Part shown: in pieces, positions 1 through 13,300 of the stretch | Numbering within the stretch: position 1 is the stretch's first letter | How the letters are laid out: each line of letters starts with the position of its first letter | Source of the DNA: Zygnema circumcarinatum SAG 698-1b | Lineage: Eukaryota; Plantae; Zygnematophyceae | Length of the DNA: 64,000 bases | Assembly: GCA_037447605.1 (NCBI GenBank) | Contig: CM074821.1 | Coordinates: forward strand, 248,001 to 312,000 | Reading direction: 5' to 3' | Translations under genes and position numbers: made by a program | Notes under the pieces: generated by a model | The model's database searches: none | What the model was told of the DNA's origin: nothing | The model's input: only the letters and a program-made list of their open reading frames with translations

Positions 1-16
1 GTGTGATGAGATGTGC

Positions 17-1013
17 CTGGATTGTAGCTCCACCTCGCCCCTGCTGTGTGTGCTGCGTCTTGATGACCTGACACAAGGAGGAGCCTTTGGTGAAGCCTTA
101 TGTGCCAGATACAACTAGACAAAGGTTCGAGATTTTTCTTATTCTACTTAAAATGGCGTTAGGCGATTCCCTACGGTTGCTACTATACACCTTGCGCAAT
201 ACTTGACCTACATCAAATATGCCCTTCAATATGAGAAAAGAAGAGAGTCATGAGGCCTAGTTCTAAAAGCAATTCATTCTTTCCTCAATGTCAGTTCAAA
301 TGCAACGACGGGTATTCCCTTTTTCTTAAAAAAGAAAAAGTATTGGCTGAATTGCAAAATCTCACATATCTGATCCATTTGGACTGACGTTCTAGGCTCC
401 AGTCACTGCCACCTTAAAGGATTGTTTACCTGATGCATCTTCCCTGTATTCACAAAGGACCACATTTAATCATAATATGCATCAGTGGATATGCAAAACA
501 TGTAAGCGGCTCCACACAAAACGATATAAAACAAGCATGATCTGATGATGACAGGACTAAGCTGACGGTTTGTCACCACAGAACGGCAACATAACATGTA
601 CTAAGTCCACAAGTTCCTCACCTCTCCGCTCAATTATATTCCCAACCTTGACCTGCAAGAACAGGTTCGAGCAAATGTGTAAGCCTGGCATCAAGGACTG
701 CTCAAGTCAAAAGAACACGATCAACAATAATGCTTTAGAGACCGAATAACCAACTGCACAATGCAACTGGTCAAGTTCAAATTTCTTCAAATACTTGAAA
801 AGGCATTCGCTGAAGCTCACAATCTACCTCTGATCCGTTCACTCGCACGTGTCGGACAATTTGCAGGAGGCTCAGGTTCAGAAATGCATTTGGAGACTCC
901 AAGCGCATTACAGACTGCTGATTCTCTCTCGCCAGCGTCCCTTTCAGAGACGAACACATGCAGGCGGCGCCTTGCAAAAGCTGGCGTACTGACGTAATCT
1001 TGAAGCGGCCCAT
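17..1013 (-). CDS. EFP: Elongation factor P, organellar (probably mitochondrial) type; 5' part, gene continues off the left edge. Exons 1013-828, 652-622, 443-430, 67-17
   Basis: Four exons join in phase through GT-AG introns to give MGRFKITSVRQLLQG...QIVRHVRVNGSE|VKVGNIIERRG|KMHQ|VIKTQHTQQGRGGATIQ. This matches the EF-P N-terminal KOW-like segment; the QQGRGGAxIQ form is typical of the plant mitochondrial paralog. The N-terminus resembles a transit peptide. Confidence 0.9.
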
Positions 1014-1437
1014 TCTGCGGCTTTCCCTTGAGCTTCCAAGCAAAAAGTAATGCCAAATACAGCAGGATTTTTGCGCTTATTCGGCAGGCTTCACAATTTC
1101 TGAAAAGCTTATGAACGTTTCAGGAGTTGGAACAGATAAGGCCCTGCACAGTATCTGCCAAGGCAGGCAGGAAGAGGAGGGAGACTACTCCAGGACAAGC
1201 AACAAGCCAAAAGAAGTACCTCTCTCTGGACCAAGGAGAATCCCAACTCGTGAGGGACTCCCCTTGAGAGCACAAGGGGGCTTCATGGCCTTTCTGGCCC
1301 GCTTTGCTTTTCTACCATTTCTAAAAACAAAAAAGAATTCCGAAATTCGTCCAGAATTTAGTCGGAATTCGTCAAAAACTCGTCGAAATTCGTACAACGT
1401 GTCGTGAATGGTTCGCACGGATTCTTTTGTGCTCAAA

Positions 1438-1529
1438 GTCCTTTGCTACCAGTTCCTCGTGGTTTCCCCATGCTGATTTTGTCCATGCACATTTGATGGC
1501 CTCGCCATCGTGAGATCAATGCCACTTCC
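1438..1529 (+). repeat. Dispersed ~95-bp repeat family, copy A (full length)
   Basis: gtcctttgctaccagttcctcgtgg...gattttgtccatgcacatttGATGGCctcGCCATCgtgagatcaatgccacttcc is nearly identical to 63537-63631. Confidence 0.9.
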
Positions 1530-3450
1530 CCTCTCTCACGGAATCAATTCGGATTCGGAACCTGTCGGCTTCTCACCGACTCCTCCGGGAAGAATTTTAC
1601 CGTACGCACCATCAAAGGAAGGCCTGATTTGCCACTGCTCAATCGAATCATGGCCACATTTCAAGAGCAGAAGCGAACCATCAAAAAATCTTCTTGTTTC
1701 TCCTCCCAGAAGGATGCTAATGGTTCAATTACCATACACTTCAAACTTTTGTTGTAATAGTCTCATAGCCACTCGCAACAACAACATGGAGAACGAACTA
1801 CGAATAGCCAACCGCTCCCAAATGACCTAGAGGGCCGGCATGCCTCCCCATTAAAGATGGACATTCGAACGCAGTGCCGTGCATTAAAATTCCAATACAT
1901 GTACAGTAAGAAATTCTAGAAGTCAGGCCGTTTATAAAACACTTTTAGAACGGTTGTACGTACGATCGCACGGCGGCCTCTCTGACGGGCCAGCGCTAGG
2001 GATGGCCGCACGTGCGCAAATATTTTATTAGTTTTCTCATTTTTTTTGTAGACACGGAATTCGCCCAAGTTCGACTTTTGGGACCGTACGGGAAAAAGTA
2101 CGCGAGCTTCCGTGTACTGCCGTATTGTACGGACAGTTTTCAATTATTATACGTCGCACGTCGCGACAGCTCTCGGAGACGGCACTTTTGGAGACAGTTT
2201 ACAGATACCGACAAACTGTCGCGATCAAGTTGACAGCTGGAATCGGAAACGTTTCCAGCGGGCAGCAAAAGGAGGTCAGAAACGTTAAGCGACGACCAAG
2301 TTGCTTCGGCTGCCCGTGAATCCGGGCAGATAACCTGCAGTTACTACCCATAGAATCTTCCTGGTCGGCAGGATTTGGTCACAACGGACAAGCCATCGGT
2401 CCTTCAACAGATTCTGCCGTACTGAGTTTGTACGGTAAAGTTCACAAAAGATCAAAAGCGTACGGCCTGGGCTGGATCTCCGACAGGACACGTTGACCCC
2501 AAAAAACTTGCAAAAGGAAAACCGCCAATTCATTGACATTCAGTTTCTGGTTTGTATCTATTAAGGGGTACAAATAGGCCTTCAAATTCCACAGACTTAA
2601 AAAAACATCATTAAAATTCTGAACTCTACTCAACCTCTATGCCAAAAATGAAAATATTTTCACACATTTAAAAAAGTTTTTTCCTGCCCGAAAAAGTCAA
2701 ATCGTGACTCCCGACACCTGCCCCGCTAGAGGCACACCCCCGCCTATTCCGCTCGTCTGGCCTCTCGTAACCGTCCGATCAATCCAATCGGACGGTTTTT
2801 CGCTGTCCCACTGCCGCCAAATCCCTGCTCACCACGTGTCCCGTTCTATGCACCCGGACACGCCACACGTGCGATTATGGTCTCCCTTTGGCCAGTTGAG
2901 TGCGCCGCCCACGGGAGGCGCCACGCTGGCACACGTGCGGCCTGAACGGAGGGCTCCCTCCCCGTCGGCTCCCGTCTCCCTCCCATCTCCTCTCCCTCTC
3001 CACTCTTTCTCTCTCCCTCTCTCTCTCTCTCTCTCGCTCTCTCACTCCTCTCCCTCCCTGCACTCTCTCTCGCTCTGCCCCTCTCGCACTGTCTCTCTAT
3101 GTCATATATCTCTATAATTGATATATTTTTGTTTCTACTTCTCTCTTTTTGCCGTCTCTTTCTATAACTGCCACCCCTCCCTCGCAGTTCACCTCCTTCT
3201 TCCTCCCTCTCCCACTCTCTCTCCCAGCTGCATCTATCCTTCCTTCCTTCCTCTCTCCTTCATCTCTCTCTCATTATCTCCCCCTTTTGCCTCCTTTCAC
3301 TCCCTCTTCCCTTCCCACACTCCGCCACTCTCCCTGTCGTCCCATTTTCTCTCCCCCTCTCTCCATCTGCATCTACCCCTCTCCCTCTCACTCTCCCTCT
3401 CCCTCTCTCCCTCTCTTCATTTCTCTCCTTCTCTCTCCCTGCCCCGCTAC

Positions 3451-6400
3451 ATGTCCTCCTCGGCAACAGGGGAGCAGCTGGTGGAGAGGAGGTGAGCGGA
3501 GCGCCTCGACTCTCAGCTTTCAATTGAACGAAGTCTTTGAGAGTGTACAGAGAGAGAGGAGGGAGGGATGGGAGAGAGAGAGAGAGGAAAGGGGAAAGCA
3601 GATAAAAAACTCCCTTCTGATGACTTATGCATACATACATTTATGCACATATTTTTTGATGTCTGTATGTGTGTGTATGGATGGAAGCAGGTAATAAGGT
3701 GGGAGTCATTGGGCGTATGGCGGCAGACCGCTCAGAAAACAAAGTAAGGAACGCAGCACTGACTTCACTCTCCCTCGCTCTATCTTTCTCTCTCTCACTG
3801 CGACTCCTTCCCTTCCCTCTCTTCCTCTCTCTCAAGCGCTTCTTTTGCCTCCTTTCCTTCGGCTTAGTCTCCGTTAGCTGCATTCTATGTAGGCGTGGTG
3901 TGAGTGCAGGTCGCTCTTCTTCTTGCCCTCTCTCTCGCGCTGCCTCTCTTGTAAGTATAGGAGGCGAGAGCAGAAAGAGGCGTTTCCTCAGGCTAAACTC
4001 TGAAGTCCTCATAGCAGTATGCGGAGAGGAGTGGGAGGGAGGGTGAGAGAGAGTGAGAGAGGGGGGGTGCAGGAAGAGTAGGCTATCAGCTGCATGTATA
4101 GTTCACTGCACTTTGTTCAGAGTGCATATGTGCAAAAGGAGAAAATTCAGTTCAGCCTTAATTCAGTTCAGTTGCACATAGAGCTTACCGGAAAGGAGTG
4201 AAGGATGCAGAGGAAGGGTAAGGGGAAGGACTGGGAGAGAGGGATAGTAGTGGGGAGAGGGCAAGGTAATGGAGGGAGGGAGGGAGATGGTAGAGGAACT
4301 GGATACATGCGTTAATCAGTGTGGCAAAGTGGAACGAAATGATGCTGCATGGGAGCAGCTGCTACCAAGGGTAGAGGAGAATGCAGAAGGAAGGATTTGG
4401 AGGAAGGGAATGAGGAGATTATAAAACGAGAAGGGATCAAGGAGGAGGAGCGGGAGAGTGAAAGAGAGAGAATCTGGGGGGTAGAGGACGAGGGAGAGAG
4501 AGAGGGAGGGGGAGGGAGAGAGAAGGCGAGAGAGGGGAGAACAACTTTGTGGTGAGGTGGACATGGTCAAAGGATTGAGGGGCTCGTTACAGAATATAAC
4601 CATTCACTTCTTGCTGACTCTCTCTCTCTCTCACTGCCTCTCTCTCCTGCTCCCCCCCTCTCTCTCATTCTCCCATACAGATGCTTACTGGACGGCGCCG
4701 TACGGTACAGAGTGAGAGATACCGTGAGTGGCAGCAGGAGCTTATGAGGTAGGCGGCATCTTACCCGGTGCTAAAGTGACAAAGGAGGAAAACAATAAAA
4801 TAAAATAAAATAAACATCAAATAAAATATCATAAGTTTCATTAGAAAAAGTGCTCTTTTTACTTCGAAAGTATTAACTTTTCGAAGTTCTTCACTACTTG
4901 ATTAACTGGGTTTAGGAAGAAGACATTCCTTGGAAAAGGTGGAGGAGTAGTGGTGGTTTAAGTCTGAGCTTTTTTTGAGGTTGAGAGGGAGCGGAAAAGG
5001 GGACGAGAATGATTCTTGAAATGCAATTGAGAAAATGAAAAAAAAAAAAATCCAAACATGGACAACTCGATAGGAGAAACAGCAAAAAAAAAAATCGTTC
5101 CCAGTTTTATATTCACACGTCCTGGAAAGGGGTCAGTTGGATAGTGAAAATTTTATTTTTTTAAAACCGTAAACGTAAAATTTCGTTTTGGTGCCGGAGT
5201 TCCGTAGGGCTCAGAACCAACGCTTAACTGAAGCAAGGAACTGGGCGGGTGCAGTAACAGACTCGCTCATGGAAGGAGGCGGCCTCTCGCTGAGGGAGAG
5301 GAGGAGCCCCCACAAAGGAGAGCTGTGGGACCCTCTATGGGAAAGGAGAAAGCAAGCGGTGGTAGTCGGTAAGGGGCTCTCTCTCTCTCTCTCACTGCCT
5401 CTCTCCATATGCAACATGAAGGTAGGCAAAGAGGAAGACGAAGAAAGAAGACATGCATTTTCCATGCATACATCGACATGGCTCACATGGAATGTAAGAG
5501 TACAAAAAAAGAAGCATTCAAGATGGCTATCCTGATTAGGCCTCACGTTATGAGGTCTCCATGAAACGATTTAGGAGTCGGTTTTTGCTAAAAGGCTGGT
5601 ATTAGGAGAGTCGACAAAAGGAAGGGTCTTTTGGGAATGCACTTGAAGCTGCATCAAATTTATTTTGTCTCCCTCAACCCTACAAACTCGCCTCTTTAAA
5701 CCTAGCATTCTATGTTTGTGGATAAAAAGTCACCGTTCACTTCCACTAGCATCTCTCCTGTATCTCCCTCTCCTTCCCCCCCCTCTCTCTCTCACTCTCA
5801 CTCGCTCTCGCTCTCTCTCTCTCACACGCACTACTCTCTTGGCTCCTGAGGAATGCAGCCGCGCGGGAGGGAAAGTCTCCTCTCAGGCAGAGAAGGGGAG
5901 AGGAGGGGGAATTAAACGAAAAGAGCCTCCAAACCGGACACTTCCTTTGGAAGCTCGAAAACTTAGAAAAGTGGGAGGGAAGAAAGTTTCTGGAGGGAGT
6001 GGAGAGAGTACGGAAGAGACAAGCTTGGAGGAAGCTTCGGGGAAGGAGAGTAGCAACGAAGACGAATCGGATGAAGAGAGGGAGGGAAGGAGTAAGGGAG
6101 GAGTTGGGAGGAAAGGGAGAAAGCAGGTTAAAATGGCAGAGACAGAAGCTCAGCCTGCGGAGGAGGGGAAGAAAGGGGACGGAGAGGTGGAGAGGAGGAA
6201 GGAGAGGGAGGGGGAGGAGGAGGAGGAGGAGGAGGAGGAAGAAAAGAGAGGGAGAGAGGAAGAGGGAGAGGTGGGGGGAGAGGTCGAGGGTGAGAGGGGG
6301 GAACAGGGTGAGGGGGCAGGGGAGGGAGGTCACGGAGAGCGAGAGCAGGAGTTGCAAGAAGAGGCACATGGGGCTGAGCGGAGAGAGAGAGATAGAGGGA

Positions 6401-7952
6401 GAGGGAAGAGAGAGCACAAGCTCCCTCGGAGAGGTATTGGAGATGACACCATTTGGGGATGGCCCTTTCCAGCTCATAAGGACAGATGGCAGGCAGAGGG
6501 AAGGAGAGAGCCGCGTGGGAGAGGGAGTAACGGAATGAATCGGCAGATCAGGACAGGAGGGGAGGAAGGAGAAGCGGAGCGAGGGAGGGCGAGGGAGAGA
6601 GGGAAAGGAGGGAGGAAGAGAGGAAGAGGAGCAAGTGAAGGAGAGGAACGCAAGCTGACAGAGAGAAGGAAAGGACAAAAGGACCATTTGGAGGGAGCCC
6701 CCCTGATCGAAAGCAGGAGTGGAGGAGAGGAGGCTGAAAAGAGGTCAGTGCTTACTGCAATGTAGGGTTCAGGGCCTAACCCTGATTTTTCTCAATTCAA
6801 TCTCTGTTCAATGTCCCCAAGTTCAAATTCGCTTTACCTTATCTGACTTTACTCTTATGTTTTAGCTGGTAAGGTACTCTCGATCTACGTCTATTCAAAG
6901 CCAAATTCCCCTTCCTTTAGCATCATGGAGCATTCCCCTCTCTTCCTCCCCCTCTCTCTCTATCACTCTTTCTTTTTCTCTCTCCCACTCCCTCCCTCGC
7001 TCTCTTTCCATCCTTCCTCCCTCCCTCCCTTTCCCTTTCCTTTTCCTCTCCTTCCCTGTCCGCTCCCCCTCTCCCTGTCTCCCCTCCCCTCACCTTCCCT
7101 CTCCTCTCCCCCTCTCCCCTCTCTCCCTTCTCTCTGTCTCACTTCCTCTCCCCCTCTCCCCCCTTTCTCTGTCTCCCCTCCCCTACCTGCCCCTCCCTCA
7201 CTCTCTCTCTCCTGCCCCTCTCCTTCCCTTCCTCTCCCTCTCTCCCCCAACTCTTTGTCTCCCCTCCTCTCCCCTCCCCTCCCNNNNNNNNNNCCTGCCC
7301 CTCTCCCTCCCTCTCCTCTCTCCCTCTCCCTCCCCCCACCCCCTCTCTCTCTCTGCAGGGGCCTCGGCCTTGCTGGCCGCGTGATCCGCTCCAAGAGAGT
7401 GGCGGAGAGACGCGCGCGCGCGCAGGCGGAGGTGGTCCCCCCTCCGCCACTCCCGCGCCTCCACGTGGCGCTCTCCCGGCAGGAGGTCCTCGAGGACTGG
7501 GCGCGCATCACAGGGGGGGCAAAGTACGTGGGGAAACCAAAAAAGTCAACGCTTGCTGCTCGGGTAAGCTACACTCACACTCTTCTTCACAAACTCGGAT
7601 GCTCGATTCTTTTGAGTTTTTTGGGCTGATTCGGTGTTTAACATCAAAGAATGGGTGTGTTTTTTTTTTTCGTTTTTGCTTTATTGGAGTCACAAGCAGC
7701 GAATGCAAGCGCTGGAACACTGCAAGTTGTTTTTTCAGTTTTGGAGCTTTTTCTGTTTGTGGGTTCCTTCTCCTTGAATTGCGAATGGAGTTTTGAACCT
7801 TGGCAGTTTTCCCCAAAGAGGTTCTGAATGATGTTGTTGTGATGTTGACATACGGTATGGGTGATGTTAGGGCTGACGTGGGGTGATGTGAGGGTGTGCA
7901 GGGCCTGGCCCTATGCGTAGGTCTGCAGAGCCCCTGCTGGTACAACTACTAG
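3451..7952 (+). CDS. DUF1639-like domain protein with a long Glu/Arg/Gly-rich region. Best-supported exons: ~5859-6743, 7359-7563, 7902-7952; the 5' exons (3451-3491 or ~3718-3744, 4681-4748, ~5209-5368) are uncertain
   Basis: The donor AG|gtcagt (6743) and acceptor ctctgcag|G (7359) are phase-compatible. The exon encodes RLHVALSRQEVLEDWARITGGAKYVGKPKKS, resembling the DUF1639 motif (F.ISLSR.EIEEDF..MTG.KP.RRPKKR). The last exon reads GLALCVGLQSPCWYNY*. Confidence 0.6.
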
Positions 7953-8016
7953 GCGGCCCTGAACCCCAAAAATGGGAGGCTCTCCGTTTGCCTTCCTCTC
8001 CTTCTTCTTAGAAGGT

Positions 8017-8085
8017 TTCTTCTTCTTCTTCTTCTTCTTCTTCTTCTTCTTCTTCTTCTTCTTCTTCTTCTTCTTCTTCTTCTTC
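8017..8085 (+). repeat. (TTC)n microsatellite, about 23 units
   Basis: Directly visible, just 3' of the DUF1639-like stop codon. Confidence 0.95.
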
Positions 8086-9129
8086 TGCTGCTTTTTAAAC
8101 ATTTGGCGGTTATTGCTGATCATCGAAGAAATCAATTTTTTTTTTCATTTTTGGGTCAGTGCCCGAACCACCCCCCCCCCCCCCCCCCAAAGTAATTGAG
8201 CGAAACAGAAGTGCTGCCTGAAAGGGAAGGAAGGTTGGAAGAGAAGAAGGTAGCCACGAAAGTTTCTCTCTCTCTCTCTTATTTATGGACCAAAAATAAA
8301 ACTCGACTAAAGAAAACGACTCGTGCTATAGCAATCTTCTCCTTTACTTTTCCCCTCCAAGTTAGTAAGGCTGGTCAATGAAATTGCCCATCTTCGTGAC
8401 CAGCTTGAAGACATGAAAACATGAGAGCTTCAACGTGAACAAGACGAGGACCACTTTAAAGCAGTGCCAGATTTTGTCCTTCAAGTTTCATTAGGGGGGG
8501 TGAGACTTAACCAATGGCCAAATCAATTTAGTAAGCCTGTCGGGCGAATTAAGCATTGGCTAGGTACGCATTTCGGTACGGCTGGGTTCGGCGGAGCCGC
8601 GGATCCCGACTCGGAATTCGTACACGAAACTTTGACTTTTAGTATACTAAATTCGAGAATTTAGTACGCTCCGGGTTAAGTCTGACCCGCCCTATTTTGT
8701 AGACATAGGGGAAGGGGAATTGTTACGACATCCATTGATTCTCTCCAACCAAAAAGTGAAATTCGTATGAGCCAGTCTACGCATTGCCACGTGGCAAGAT
8801 TTATCCAAAACCCTAAAATTTCCGTGCCCCTTCCTTCACACCTCAAAAATGGACCACACAAAAAATTGAACCTTCTCTCAATACAAACAAAAGGGCCCTT
8901 TATCTTCGTTTGTTAAGGGCACAACCCTGTGCGAGTAGCGGGCTCTGTGAGCTTTCCGCCCGCTCAGTTACAGTTTTAGCTCCAGTTTGCAGGCGTCTCC
9001 AGTTTGTAAAACGGGTTCCTTGTTCGTCTGTCCTGTTCAGTCGAACGTCATTCCATGTGATTTGCATGTGCCCCTATCGGGCGGTATATAGGGATACACC
9101 TAAAGTACTAAGAACACATTTCAGATCTA

Positions 9130-9550
9130 TCGTCAGCCAATCAGAGGACGCAAAATGATTCCCCTCTGACCTGTCCGGGCGGCAGATTTGTCGCATGCGC
9201 CAGTGGCAGCCGCATGTGACGGCGGGCCAAAAGTAAAGCACAGGTAGCGGGCTCGAGCCTTGAGAGACGAATCCGTCACATGATGACGAGACCAGTTCTG
9301 TAATTAATTTGTCGAATCAGATATCATCTGAATTTTTGGAAGTCCAATCTTGACCTTTTTTTTGTACCCGAGAAGAACTTATTTTTTTGGCAAGCGCGTG
9401 GCTGCCCATGAGGTGACGTCATGAACATGCATGCTGACGCATCCGACAAATCTGCTCACGTCCGTCGGCAAACCTGGCTGGTGTACGGATGATGCCGTGC
9501 GCGTACTAGTGGGTACGCCGCCACGCCAGCGGACAAATCAGAGGAAAATT
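9130..9550. mobile_element. Putative foldback/MITE-like non-coding element
   Basis: Inverted pair gcagatttgtcg(c)atgc at ~9182 and gcat(c)cgacaaatctgc at ~9439; direct repeat (c/a)aatcagagga at ~9137 and ~9534; no ORF. No TSD identified. Confidence 0.35.
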
Positions 9551-9607
9551 CTGTGTGTGGGAGACGTGGAATTGGGGCCCTGTGAAGAAATGACACCGAA
9601 ATGAGAG

Positions 9608-9672
9608 GGAAGTGGCATTGCTCTCACGATGGCAAGACCATCAAATGAAAACAAAACAAAAAGAGAACACAT
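9608..9672 (-). repeat. Dispersed ~95-bp repeat family, copy B (degenerate, inverted)
   Basis: ggaagtggcattgctctcacGATGGCaagACCATCaaatg is the reverse complement of the family 3' half. Confidence 0.75.
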
Positions 9673-10364
9673 GAATTGGCATTCAATCATGAGAGTGATT
9701 CACAATTCTGGCAGGAAAGGTTCTACGAGCCATGGAGGCCATCAGGCAATGAGACTGAGCTCCGACCGAGCTCAAACATTTGGCTTCACCTTTCGTAATA
9801 CATCTTCCTGCCAACCAATGGGAGGTTGTGTTATACAGGACATCTCGGAGCCCATGAGATGACGAGACCCTTCCTTTTGAAGTACGCAAAACTTCCGAAG
9901 AGGCCATAAACGACATGTTTCTTTTACAAAAATGCAGAAAGTGAAGGTTGGCAACCAGAGACCAAAACCAGAATTCAGAATGCCAGAAAATGACACACCG
10001 CTTTAACGGGGCGATGCTCCTTCCGGCCTGCAGACAACATAGCATTATGTTGCCGAATGAAAACAACAGATAATTACGATGACAGGGATGACACCACTTG
10101 TCCCTTTGACAAGCACTCTCTATCTACACTTCCTCCCACATCCTCGCGCCGGAGGAGCCCGCCAGCTACTGAAAGCTCCTGCTTATTGGAATGTCAGGTT
10201 GACGTTGCCTGACAGTATTCATTGCTGCGAATAGCTCCAGTGCCAAAAAAAGGACTCCATCTCGCCAGACGCCTTGCATTGTAGGAGGCATCCAAAGCAG
10301 CCCTGCTTCTTGGAAGTTTTTCCTCACAACAGCCCTTTCGAACTCGTCACATCCCAGGCTGCAT

Positions 10365-13300
10365 AAGCATTAAACGTCGTCGTCACTCTCGTCAAAGTTC
10401 GCCAAGCCCCTTAAACCGCATCCTTTCTGCATGGCAAGGAAAGAAAAGAAGGAATGTCGGTTGATTGTCCACATTTCATGAACTACAACCATTCACCAGT
10501 ACCTTCCTCTGCTTGTAGCAGCAATGGCTGACAGAGCCACATTCAAGACTATGCACAGGTTCAATAAATACTCAACTTAAGACTTCTAAAAATTCCAGCA
10601 AGGCAAGGATTAACAAACCTCTCCTTTGCCTAGGTCTGAAAAAAACTGCCTAGGATTAAATATAGCATAATCGGAAAGAAATGATGAAACTATAGCCTTC
10701 CAGAGCAGCCATTAGGAGAGTTCGGAAATCTCCTTACATTAGATGCCTCCTTTGGCAGTTGTGGTTCGTATTTTTCCAAAAGCGCTTCTGTGGTGAATTT
10801 CCGATTGCACAAAAGCTGGCAAAGCCCCATCATCTGCATCAAGAAGACAAACACAGAGTCAGCATACGCAGACACACTGGACCAGTGGCCCAAATCAGAA
10901 ACGCCTGAGTCAAAAAGAATAATTGAGAGATCGACACCCAAAAGCCAGCAACACGCCGGCACTCTACAGCCATAGACGAAAAGCGAAAAGCTTAGAGCTC
11001 CGGCAGACACTTATAAACCTCTCATGAGGTTCCATAAAACTAGCAATGAGCGAATTAGTTTGACAGCAACTCGTGCTGGGAGCGCAAACGACAGGTCGCG
11101 AGTAAATGTACAGTTGCTGTTCCTAAAAACACATTTAGGAACCAACCTCCTAACTATATCATGTGGTTTGTGTGTTCTCCTACACATCCTAGCAAAAAAA
11201 CCTCTGGAGCCTGCAGTTCCACTCACGACCTAATCCTCTCATCTTCATAAGCATACTCTGGCACACAACTCATGCGGATCCACAAAAGCTCCTGATCGCC
11301 CCAAACATCTACATGACGTGGGATGAGAAGGGAAGGCCGTCGGAGGAATCAGACGAACCATTACGGTCCGCAACCTCTCCAGCCCGATCCCCTCATATAT
11401 AGCCTGGCCTTCACCTGCAGCAGTGAGATGGATTCATGAGCAATCACTGCTTCGCTTCTCATGCTCACGTCCCCATCCACTGTCAACAGACTGCCTACCG
11501 AGTGGAATCTGTCTAAACAACCTCTCACAGTTCTAAAGTTTTAAGCAGAAGAGGAGCCAGACCTCCAGCTCCTCGTTCTCGAGTGCGTCAAACTCGGAAA
11601 TGGAACACAGCCTTTTCCAGCAGTTTCCAACCATACGGCTGTTACTTAGTGCCTGCTGGAATACGAGCTTCGATTCAATAATAAGATATATGTCAGATTT
11701 AGCTGACTGGGGCTACTGTACATCAGAATCCTTCAGGACAGGCCCCACCTAACGAAAGGCATGCTCAAGCTTGAAGGCACGGCCAAAAGCCGAACCTTGC
11801 TCAGTCATCATTACTTAGTGGAGTATTCTCTCACCACTATCCTAAGGTTCCTCCTTCCGGCATGCTGGAAACCCACCTGCACAACCCTCTGCACTTTTCT
11901 GGGCCGGAGCAGTTTTGGTTTGTGCCTTAATCTCCCTCCGCACTGCTTGAAGTCGTCCGCCATCTCATTCCACTCAAGTTGAATATTCAGCGCTTTCAGA
12001 CACTGTGTCTTGTCAGACCCGAACGATCTTCTCAAGTCCCACAACTGATGGGAAAGGCGTTCTTTCCGGGACTCCCAACATCCTGAAACCTTTGGCACAT
12101 CGTGACTTCCAAAGTGATCTGAATCAGCCTCTCCCGACACCGCACTCGAACTCTCTTCCCGCATCCTGATGAATAGCCACAACAAATGTATATTAGATGG
12201 CTTCAAAAGCGAGAAACATTCTGATCAACACCAAACACACAGCACAGCCTCCTGCCAAATAGGACTCAACTGCATCTACACAAAGAGATTCAAACAAACA
12301 ACCCAAGCTGCAGTTCAGTCTCAGTCTTTCGGGAAACTTAGAGACAAGAGGAGCCTGAATATTTACCTGTTCTGAGAGGCCTCTTCATCAATGGACGGAG
12401 TGCATGGCCTTGAGGAATCAACAAGTGGAGTGGGAGACAAGCCCTTTACATGAACTGGAAGTGTCTTGTCAGACGGCTGTGCCAACTTTCCAGTTTGAAT
12501 CCGATGAGCTCTCTGTCCTCTCTGTCCCCAATGCAGGGCAGTGACTGCGGCCTCACTCTGATCTCTCTCGACCGAACTCATAAATTGACACGCGGACGTC
12601 AACAAGCATGAATCTACTTTCAAAACGTCACACTCCTCTGACTCGAGTTTCTGCCTCTTTGTGCTGTAGCCGCTCTCAGGAAGCCCACCACTGCCCCTTC
12701 CCCAGTCACCGTCAACATGCGGGAAGGTCCTTTTCTGAAAGACTGCAGCTGTATGATAATTGCTCATGTTTGCAGAATCTGGAGACAACCAGCCACTCTT
12801 CATGTCTCCAGCCACCAGCAATGGACTTCTCCGCCTGCACATACAAATCAAGAGCATCAACATCTCAGGCACAACACTACTCATCAAAGCGGTCCTTAAA
12901 GCTGATTCCGCCAATGCGCAGCGTCACACCGCTTGCAATAGAAAAACATATCTGAAAGCAAAAAGTGGGTGGGCATAGTCTGGCCGAAAAGTGAGAGAGT
13001 AGAGGGATGCGGACCTTTTCGTGCAGCTAACAGTGTCAAAAACTCCCGACTTTACAGCATCCGGCGTGTACATCCCCTGCTTTTCTACCAAACTTGCACA
13101 TTCTGCACTCCCTGCAGATGCCACAGATAGAGAACCGAAGCCTGTAGATGGCACAGACCGCCTAACAACAGTCCGTCGCTTCACGAACTGCAGCAGACAC
13201 AACAAAAGTCACATCCTTCAGGTTAGGGCACCACACTGGTCAGCCGTCTGTTGCATTAAAGCTACCGAATCATGACAGAAACATGCTGCAACAAACAAAT

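Noticed and set aside
1438-1529. The 95-bp repeat as 5S rRNA, snRNA or snoRNA
   Set aside because: There is only a short chance resemblance (GTTCCTCGTG). It lacks 5S internal boxes, an Sm site and properly placed C/D boxes.
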